From an uncultured Eubacteriales bacterium (GTDB lineage Bacteria; Bacillota; Clostridia; Lachnospirales; Lachnospiraceae), in NCBI GenBank assembly GCA_900313775.1, contig OMSP01000137.1:1-43249 (forward strand): a stretch of DNA of 43,249 bases, in the 5' to 3' direction. Under the pieces are notes generated by a model. That model searched no databases, was not told the DNA's origin, and worked only from the letters and a program-made list of their open reading frames with translations. Position numbers and translations under genes: made by a program. Positions 10,001 to 16,089 of the stretch are shown here, in pieces (position 1 is the first letter of the stretch; every line of letters starts with the position of its first letter).

Positions 10001-10355
10001 CGGGGGGAAAGTGCGGATACATTACAGGGTATTGAGTCCCGGAGATCTGAAGAGCGATATCGACTTCGTATCCGAGGTGCTGATACCTGCTTATGATCAG
10101 ATTTATGTCAAGGTTTTCGTGCTTTTTTTGAGGGAAACTCTGGAGTATTACTTCGAAGAATTCGATGATGAAAAATCAGTTAAGACTGAGCGGTCACAGT
10201 TGCGTGTGGAACGCCAGGAGAGTGTATACGGCAAGTACCACCGCTTAAACCATATGGCGTCGCTGCCTGCTAACAGTCGGGCTAAAGAGCAGGAGATCAG
10301 AGCGTATGCCGAGGAGGAACAGCTGGCCCGTGATCTTTTCAAATTCTATGAATAG
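7050..10355 (+). CDS. Hypothetical giant soluble protein (1101 aa): two N-terminal beta-sandwich-like modules, long helical-repeat body, beta-rich C-terminal module
   Basis: Uninterrupted 3.3-kb ORF. TTG 7050 is the first possible start, because an in-frame TGA sits at 7047-7049; weak AAGG SD 8 nt upstream. I could find no TM segment, signal peptide, P-loop or catalytic motif. From memory it may correspond to the family annotated as DUF5717 in Lachnospiraceae; unverified. Confidence 0.8.
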   Translation: MKNKIRKSSKGDFSAVKPQVVFSQTNIGMTLGEGEIYRGSFTIKSTNRISVRGLVYVSSRRVTIDETGFDGTENTIHYTYDGTGLYPGDIETGTFDIVCNAGEYSLHFAAFVEKPFVMTSYGKVQSLKNFAHLAMNDYMEAHRLFKSRDFFEILKYEDERVSALYKNLRTWSLDEEALEEFLVGTKQKERVMLSLPKTRKSIDFLSETRKTVMVAQKNTWGYIPIEISVDGEFIHVDKTHFSTDDFVGNTFTLEFVIDREKLHGGRNFARITLQTPYQVLHYDVDVLEGHHYSGQLMQAKRLYGDIIQSYLPCVCGKTTVAEWMPQALQMVEELHARYDEDPFVDLVQAHIYLRGNKKEEAKWILDKFEYNRMMPISQPELAAYYLFLSAVLSGDSRQMRHIAEELERLELRNDDSWMIVCMLAQLSPAYRDYRNRLEYLKHKFAKHRFNSLLFFKECYICYQESNGLLSSVGPFELHVLEFACKRGIFTAELAAQLASLIPQVREYDERLYRVLCRVYDMYPSVQMLSAICSLLIKRQTARSEDFKWYQLAVEENLSIPKLYEYYMMTISEEKVKEALPRSIYLYFLHDDLPDYRKKALLYANILTYEEESSPLFADYLNQMESFAMEQLLKRRINDRLRIIYKRFCNEELLTIEQINALNDICHAYSISTSAGNIRHVMILDGKGNQVDKVPYTGPGTVVFVHDTTSRIIWESNEGRMYSDSIPYETKRLFYEPHFIEFCKHYLDTTHQGAEEHANEEAVMQTVRDQGLASADMETAFQACTRRIADGDGSKDAFLLDLAYHLFEKGMYNKTTMSYLNAYFYGGSHTMKKIWRQARKFDLATESLAERIITQMLFAEQMVTEEDIFCNYERKGAYFRLKQAYFAYISHQYFVYDRIVEPKIFSMIAQEFIREEILPDICRLALLRYYSDHPREPGIRDILQTFMQDFCEKRSIYPCFLKYPDSWKNAVCLDDKTVVSYQSRFGGKVRIHYRVLSPGDLKSDIDFVSEVLIPAYDQIYVKVFVLFLRETLEYYFEEFDDEKSVKTERSQLRVERQESVYGKYHRLNHMASLPANSRAKEQEIRAYAEEEQLARDLFKFYE

Positions 10356-10367
10356 AGGGAATGATCA

Positions 10368-11660
10368 GTGACGGAAAAGAGTACAAAATATGTGATCGGT
10401 TACGATCTGAATGATCAGTTCTGCCAGATCAGCTACTTCCATGAGGGTATGGAAGAGCCTATGACACGGGAGGTTCTTGCCGACAATTTCAAGATCCCTC
10501 TCGTCATCGGTACGCTGGACGGCAGATGGGCCTATGGTCAGGAAGCCATGCACCATATGGCAGCAGAGCCGGAGAGGTTCTGTGATCATCTCTTTTCACG
10601 GGCTGTTGCCGGTGAGACAGTCGCTATCACGCGCAGCGAAGTGCCGGCGAACAAACTTCTGGAGAAGTATATCGAGTTATCGCTGAGTGATTACCCGCGC
10701 ATCGATTATCTGGTCTTTTCCGTGCCGGAATTGACGGAAAAAGTCGTGCGTCTGCTCAAACGGATCGGCCGCCATATCGGAGTTGATCCCGACAGGATCA
10801 TTGTGCAGGACTACAAGGAGAGTTTTTGTCAGTTTATGTACGATCAGCCCAAGGAACTCTGGAAATACGAAGCGGCTCTGTTCTACTGCGACAAGGAGAT
10901 GGTCACCGCCTATATGATGAAAAAGGTCGATACGGAATATTCAGCCGACAATACGACCTTCGTCATGGTCGAGGAGGTATCACACGCCAAGATGAGCGAG
11001 CTGCATGTGACTTTCCCCGTCATAAACGTTGAGCTGGCGATGGAAGCGGATATGCGCTTCATGCATTTTGTCGGAGGTGTTTTCGATAAGAGACGCGTTT
11101 CATCCGTGTTTCTGACCGGAGAGGGATTTGAGAGCAACTGGTACCCGGAATCCCTGAAGGTCATGTGCAACGGTCGACGTGTCTTTTTGGGCAATAATCT
11201 GTACAGTAAAGGCGCATGCTATGAGGCAGCGCGCAAAAGCAGCGGACGAAGAGACGGACCGATCTATCTGGACGAGTCGAAAATGACGGACCAGGTGTGT
11301 ATGAAAGTGCGCGTGGGAGAGGAGTTCGAATGGTTCCCGATCATCTCATGGGGAGAGCACTGGTATGAATCGGACTGTGAGTATGAAGTGCTGCTCGAAA
11401 ACGATGACCCGATCGAACTGCGTCAGAATTCGCTGGCGACCGGGGAATCCAAGACGATCGAAGTGGATCTCTCCGGACTGCCGGATCGCAAGAATTATTC
11501 GCTGCGAGTCCTGGTGAGGGCCACTTTTGCAGATGAAAACAGGTGCAGGATCACTTTTAAGGATATGGGATTCGGAGAAATATTCCCTGAGACAGACTTT
11601 TCCAAGGAGATCACGGTAGTGCTGGGAGGAAGCAATGAGCAGTTTAGTACTCTGTCATAA
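10368..11660 (+). CDS. Hsp70/actin-fold (ASKHA) protein with degenerate nucleotide-binding loops plus a C-terminal beta-rich domain; function unknown
   Basis: GTG 10368 with GAGGGA SD 7 nt upstream. By-eye colinearity with the DnaK NBD: KYVIGYDLNDQFCQISY, FKIPLVIGTLDGRWAYGQEA, YLVFSVPELTEKVVRLLKRIGRHIGVD..RIIVQDYKESFCQFMY, ALFYCDKEMVTAYMMK, VFLTGEGFESNWYP. It may correspond to the family annotated as DUF5716; unverified. Confidence 0.8.
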   Translation: MTEKSTKYVIGYDLNDQFCQISYFHEGMEEPMTREVLADNFKIPLVIGTLDGRWAYGQEAMHHMAAEPERFCDHLFSRAVAGETVAITRSEVPANKLLEKYIELSLSDYPRIDYLVFSVPELTEKVVRLLKRIGRHIGVDPDRIIVQDYKESFCQFMYDQPKELWKYEAALFYCDKEMVTAYMMKKVDTEYSADNTTFVMVEEVSHAKMSELHVTFPVINVELAMEADMRFMHFVGGVFDKRRVSSVFLTGEGFESNWYPESLKVMCNGRRVFLGNNLYSKGACYEAARKSSGRRDGPIYLDESKMTDQVCMKVRVGEEFEWFPIISWGEHWYESDCEYEVLLENDDPIELRQNSLATGESKTIEVDLSGLPDRKNYSLRVLVRATFADENRCRITFKDMGFGEIFPETDFSKEITVVLGGSNEQFSTLS

Positions 11661-12402
11661 ACAAAAAGCGACTCAGCCGACCAGGCTCGCCCATATCCGC
11701 TACAAGATATACACATTGGAAGAGCTGGCTTATCTGATGTGTGATAATCTCTACCTGCTCGATCACACTTTGATGGAAGAATCCTTCTGTGCGTGGATTG
11801 AACGCGAATTGGGGCTGTTTCAACTGGCTGACGGTCTGCGTGAGCAGATCGCCAGAAGAGTGTCACTTGAAGAGTTTATCCTCTATTTTCTGTCGCATAC
11901 TCAGATCTATACGCGATCAGAACTGGCCGACATCAAATCTGTGCTCGATGAGCTCGAGGGCCAGGAGGAGGTGGAAAAGCAGAAGCTGAAAGCAGACGAT
12001 CTGCTTGTTCACCGAGAATACGAAAACGCGGTGCTGGCTTATCAGTCGATCTTGGCAGCACAGCGCACAGAAGGCGTGAGCGCGGAGTTTTACGGTAAGG
12101 TCTATGCATGCCTGGGAGCGGCTTACGGACGACTCTTTCTCTACAGGGAGGCCGCAAAAGCCTACAGCGCTGCCTATCAGATCTGTGATGACTATGAGAT
12201 GGTAAGAGCCTATATATACGCCTGCAGGCAATATATGTCAGCTGAAGAATACCATCTGCTGCTTGCGGAGAAAGATCTCTTCAAGGTTGCAGACAAAGAA
12301 AATGCCGCTGCTATCAGCGCGGTGGAGGAAAGCGTGCCGGAGCATATCGATGACAGCGTCATCAACGATTGGAAGAAAACTTATCGTGAGATACCGGTCT
12401 AG
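11635..12402 (+). CDS. Hypothetical protein with C-terminal TPR repeats (255 aa)
   Basis: ATG 11635 with GGGAGGA SD (11624-11630); overlaps the preceding ORF by 26 nt. Residues about 117-205 fit the TPR consensus (for example GKVYACLGAAYGRLFLYREAAKAYSAAYQICDDY). Stop TAG 12400-12402 is embedded in the purB SD. Confidence 0.75.
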   Translation: MSSLVLCHKQKATQPTRLAHIRYKIYTLEELAYLMCDNLYLLDHTLMEESFCAWIERELGLFQLADGLREQIARRVSLEEFILYFLSHTQIYTRSELADIKSVLDELEGQEEVEKQKLKADDLLVHREYENAVLAYQSILAAQRTEGVSAEFYGKVYACLGAAYGRLFLYREAAKAYSAAYQICDDYEMVRAYIYACRQYMSAEEYHLLLAEKDLFKVADKENAAAISAVEESVPEHIDDSVINDWKKTYREIPV

Positions 12403-12413
12403 GAGGAATAGTG

Positions 12414-13847
12414 ATGCCTACTGACAAATATATCAGTCCGCTGTCTCAACGCTATGCGAGCGTGCAGATGCAGTATCTCTTCTCGGCTGACAAAAAGTTC
12501 AGTACATGGAGAAGACTCTGGGTGGCGCTGGCGCAGATAGAGAAGGATCTCGGGCTGCCGATCAGCGAGGATCAGATCGCTGAGATGCAGGAGCATGTCG
12601 ATACGATCAATTATGATGACGCTAGAGAGCGGGAGAGGGAAGTTCGGCACGATGTCATGGCTCATGTCTATGCCTACGGGTTGCAATGTCCCTCAGCAAA
12701 AGGGATCATCCATCTTGGCGCTACAAGCTGCTATGTCGGGGACAACGCTGATATGATCATTATGAAAGAAGCGCTGGTCTTGATCGGAGACAAGCTTTTG
12801 TGCACGATCCGCAATCTCAGCGAATTTGCGGAAAAATACAAGGATCTGGCCACGCTGGCTTATACTCATTTCCAGCCGGCACAGCCGACGACGGTCGGGA
12901 AGAGGGCGACTCTCTGGATCCGTGATCTGATGGACGATTTCGAAGACGTGGAGCGCACAGCCGGCTCTCTGTTGCTTTTGGGCAGCAAGGGTACGACCGG
13001 AACACAGGCCTCCTTCCTGGAACTGTTCGACGGAGATTTCGATAAAGTGGATGCGATGGATCCGGCGTTGGCTGAGAAGTTCGGACTCCCGGGATGTACT
13101 CCCGTCTCAGGGCAGACCTATTCCCGCAAAGCGGATTACCGTGTTCTCTCTGTTCTCGGTCAGATAGCTGTCTCTGCGTCCAAATTTGCAGGTGATATCC
13201 GACTGCTTCAGCACATGAAGGAGATCGAGGAACCGTTCGGCAGGAAGCAGATCGGTTCTTCGGCAATGGCTTATAAGCGTAATCCGATGCGAAGCGAACG
13301 CATAGCGGCTCTGTCGAGATATGTGATCTGCAATACGGTCAATCCGGCAATTACTGCTGCCAGCCAGTGGCTTGAACGCACACTGGATGATTCCGCCAAC
13401 CGCCGTCTGTCGATCGCCGAAGGGTTTCTTGCAGTCGACGGTATTCTGGAGCTGATGATGAATGTCACTGACGGCATGGTCGTTTATCCCAAAGTGGTAG
13501 AGGCTCATCTGAAGCAGGAACTGCCTTTCATGGCAACAGAGACGATACTGATGGATGCCGTTAAAGAGGGCGGTGACAGACAGGTCCTTCATGAGAAAAT
13601 ACGTCAGGCTTCGATGGAGGCCGGCAGACGCGTTAAGGAAGAGGCCGCGGACAATGATCTGATGGACAGGCTGATAGCAGATGAGGCCTTTGGTCTGGAT
13701 GAGGAGAAGGCTGCGAGAGCATTGTCTCCCGAACGCTATATCGGCTGTGCAGCGCACCAGACAGAGGGCTATCTCGAACGTCAGGTAAGACCGCTGCTGG
13801 AACAGTATAAAGACCGTCTCAAATACAGCGGAAAAGTGGACGTCTGA
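12414..13847 (+). CDS. purB: Adenylosuccinate lyase
   Basis: MPTDKYISPLSQRYAS.. N-terminus, HLGATSCYVGDN, YTHFQPAQPTTVGKR, GSSAMAYKRNPMRSE signature. ATG 12414 is 7 nt after AGGAGG; the GTG 12411 in the track is too close to the SD. Confidence 0.95.
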   Translation: MPTDKYISPLSQRYASVQMQYLFSADKKFSTWRRLWVALAQIEKDLGLPISEDQIAEMQEHVDTINYDDAREREREVRHDVMAHVYAYGLQCPSAKGIIHLGATSCYVGDNADMIIMKEALVLIGDKLLCTIRNLSEFAEKYKDLATLAYTHFQPAQPTTVGKRATLWIRDLMDDFEDVERTAGSLLLLGSKGTTGTQASFLELFDGDFDKVDAMDPALAEKFGLPGCTPVSGQTYSRKADYRVLSVLGQIAVSASKFAGDIRLLQHMKEIEEPFGRKQIGSSAMAYKRNPMRSERIAALSRYVICNTVNPAITAASQWLERTLDDSANRRLSIAEGFLAVDGILELMMNVTDGMVVYPKVVEAHLKQELPFMATETILMDAVKEGGDRQVLHEKIRQASMEAGRRVKEEAADNDLMDRLIADEAFGLDEEKAARALSPERYIGCAAHQTEGYLERQVRPLLEQYKDRLKYSGKVDV

Positions 13848-13873
13848 CACAGGTATACAGACTTGTTTGCGAC

Positions 13874-13906
13874 AAGCATGCTCATTGACTTTGAGCATGC
13901 TTTTTT
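13874..13906 (+). terminator. Rho-independent terminator after purB
   Basis: Perfect 10-bp stem aagcatgctc (13874-13883) / gagcatgctt (13893-13902), 9-nt loop, T6 run (13901-13906). Lies 27 nt after the purB stop. Confidence 0.65.
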
Positions 13907-13913
13907 ATATAAT
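13885..13913 (+). promoter_or_regulatory. Candidate sigma-A promoter nested in the purB terminator (drives nnrD-alr...)
   Basis: TTGACT (13885-13890, inside the hairpin loop), exactly 17 nt, TATAAT (13908-13913, immediately after the T-tract). Confidence 0.55.
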
Positions 13914-13923
13914 TATTCTGTAT

Positions 13924-14901
13924 ATGTATGCGTATTTGGAGGGTGGACAAATAGGATATATTGCAACGACAATCGACCCCAGAGAGCTTCTCCCCGTGAG
14001 GAAAGCTGAGAGTCACAAAGGGACTTACGGTCGCGCACTTCTGATCACCGGATCGCCTGGCATGGCCGGCGCAGCTTATCTTGCCGGTATGGCCGCCTAC
14101 AGGTCCGGATGCGGGCTTGTGGAGTTGTTTACTCATGAGTCCAACCGGATCATACTGCAGCAGCTGTTGCCGGAAGCAGTGATGACAGTTTACGGAGATG
14201 AGGATAAAAAGCTGGCCGATAAACTCGAAAAGTCGATTCGGCGTGCGGATTCCGTCGGCCTGGGCTGCGGACTGGGACTGAGCGATCAGGCTGTTGATAT
14301 TGTTCGCAATTCCTGTGAATTTGCCGTGAGCATGCACAAACCACTGCTGGCGGATGCCGACGCAATAACTCTGATTGGCAGGGAAGAGTCTTTGATCAGC
14401 AGTCTGAGGAGGCAGAGTGTTGTCTTTACACCGCACCCGAAAGAAATGACTTCACTTACACATATGCATACGGACGAGATCCTGAGCGACAGAGAGACCA
14501 TCGTTACAAGCTTTTGCTCTGTGTCAGGTACAGTATGTCTGCTCAAAGGCCACAGAACGCTTGTAGGCTCGCCTTCGGGTGCTCTTTACGAGAATCATAC
14601 AGGCAACAGCGGTATGGCGGCCGGGGGCAGCGGCGATGTGCTTTCAGGTCTGATCACAGGTCTTATGGCACAGGGCGTGGATCTGTACGATGCGGCCTGT
14701 CTGGGAGCCTGGATTCATGGTCATGCCGGGGATCTTGCGGCGGAAGACACAGGCGAGCACGCGATGATGGCCAGAGATCTGTTGGAGAGTCTCACGGAAG
14801 CAATGTGGGAACTTGAGCAGGATGAAGATGAATTGGAGGATGACGAATTCGCGGACGATGAATTCGGGTACGACGAGACAGAAGATGAGGATGATGAATA
14901 A
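13924..14901 (+). CDS. nnrD: ADP-dependent NAD(P)H-hydrate dehydratase (stand-alone YjeF-C/NnrD) with an acidic C-terminal tail
   Basis: HKGTYGRALLITGSPGMAGAAYLAGMAAYRSGCGLV, TPHPKEM and GNSGMAAGGSGDVLSGLITGLMAQG motifs. Start is uncertain. The track start TTG 13867 lies upstream of the terminator/promoter and is unlikely. ATG 13924 is the first ATG after the predicted promoter. A GGAGGG at 13938-13943 hints at an even later non-ATG start. Confidence 0.85.
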   Translation: MYAYLEGGQIGYIATTIDPRELLPVRKAESHKGTYGRALLITGSPGMAGAAYLAGMAAYRSGCGLVELFTHESNRIILQQLLPEAVMTVYGDEDKKLADKLEKSIRRADSVGLGCGLGLSDQAVDIVRNSCEFAVSMHKPLLADADAITLIGREESLISSLRRQSVVFTPHPKEMTSLTHMHTDEILSDRETIVTSFCSVSGTVCLLKGHRTLVGSPSGALYENHTGNSGMAAGGSGDVLSGLITGLMAQGVDLYDAACLGAWIHGHAGDLAAEDTGEHAMMARDLLESLTEAMWELEQDEDELEDDEFADDEFGYDETEDEDDE

Positions 14902-16072
14902 TTACAACAGGGTGTGTGCCGAGATCGATCTCGACGCGATAGAGCATAATCTGACTTCTATGCACAGGCGTCTGCCTGCAGATACTATGATGATGGGGAT
15001 CATCAAAGCGGACGGTTACGGTCACGGGTGCGAGAGGATAGGCAGCATGCTTGAGGGACTGGATTTTATCTGGGGATACGGCGTGGCTACTGCGGATGAA
15101 GCCCTGGAGCTGAAAAATGTCCCTTTAAAGAAACCGGTACTGGTCCTGGGATGTGTCTTCCCAGATCAATATGAGTCTATGATCAGAGAGGAAGTCAGGA
15201 TCAATGTCTACACCTGTGAGATGGCAGAGCGGATAGCAGACTGCGCCCGCGCTTTGGGGAAGCAGGCCTATGTGCATATCAAATTGGATACGGGAATGAA
15301 TCGCATCGGTTTTGCCTGCACTGAAACATCGGTCGATGAGATCATTAAGATCACTGAGATGAATGAATTGATCTGCGAGGGGCTGTTCACCCATTTTTCA
15401 AAGGCAGATGAGGCGGACAAGACATATACGAATGATCAGATCAGCCGCTTTGAGGCAATGATAAGCGCGCTTCGGGAGCGCGGTGTCAGCTTCAAATTGA
15501 CGCATGCCGCCAACAGCGCCGGTATCATAGATTTTGCGGAACTCACCTATCCGCTCGTTCGGGCGGGGATAGCGCTCTACGGACTCTGTCCCTCACAGGA
15601 TGTTGATCTCAAATCGGTCAGCTTACAGCCCGCGCTGGCGTTAAAAAGTCATGTCATCATGGTCAAGACAGTAGAAGCCGGCAGCCGGATCAGCTACGGC
15701 GGTGATTTTACGGCTCCGGATGTCATGCGTATTGCCACGATACCGGTCGGGTACGGCGACGGATATCCGCGCTCGCTCTCAGGAAAAGGCAGTGTGCTGA
15801 TTCACGGTAAGAGGGCGCCGATCCTGGGACGGATCTGTATGGATCAGTTTATGGTCGATGTGACAGGTATACCGGAGACTGTATTCGGCGATCAGGTCAC
15901 ACTGATCGGTACGGACGGAGATGAGACGATCACTGTCGAGGAACTGGCGGAGCTGTCAGGAAGATTTAATTACGAGTTTGTATGTGATCTGAACAAACGG
16001 ATACCCAGAGTGTATTACCATGAGGGTGATGTAGTGGGATCACTCGATTTTTTTGAGTCGGAGCAATCATAA
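14891..16072 (+). CDS. alr: Alanine racemase
   Basis: MMNNYNRVCAEIDLDAIEHNL start (ATG 14891 or 14894). PLP-lysine motif GIIKADGYGHG. Also PVGYGDGYPRSLS and RICMDQFMVDV. The 14813 start in the track lies in the nnrD tail and is rejected. Confidence 0.9.
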   Translation: MMNNYNRVCAEIDLDAIEHNLTSMHRRLPADTMMMGIIKADGYGHGCERIGSMLEGLDFIWGYGVATADEALELKNVPLKKPVLVLGCVFPDQYESMIREEVRINVYTCEMAERIADCARALGKQAYVHIKLDTGMNRIGFACTETSVDEIIKITEMNELICEGLFTHFSKADEADKTYTNDQISRFEAMISALRERGVSFKLTHAANSAGIIDFAELTYPLVRAGIALYGLCPSQDVDLKSVSLQPALALKSHVIMVKTVEAGSRISYGGDFTAPDVMRIATIPVGYGDGYPRSLSGKGSVLIHGKRAPILGRICMDQFMVDVTGIPETVFGDQVTLIGTDGDETITVEELAELSGRFNYEFVCDLNKRIPRVYYHEGDVVGSLDFFESEQS

Positions 16073-16089
16073 GGAGGATGAAGATCTTT

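Noticed and set aside
13107-13898. 263-aa minus-strand ORF opposite purB (similar cases: 21724-22497, 24641-25297, 39895-40608, 41063-41680, 27972-28520 and 31957-32475, all minus strand)
   Set aside because: All lie antisense to genes with unambiguous family motifs and cross gene junctions. They are typical antisense open frames of mid/high-GC coding DNA.
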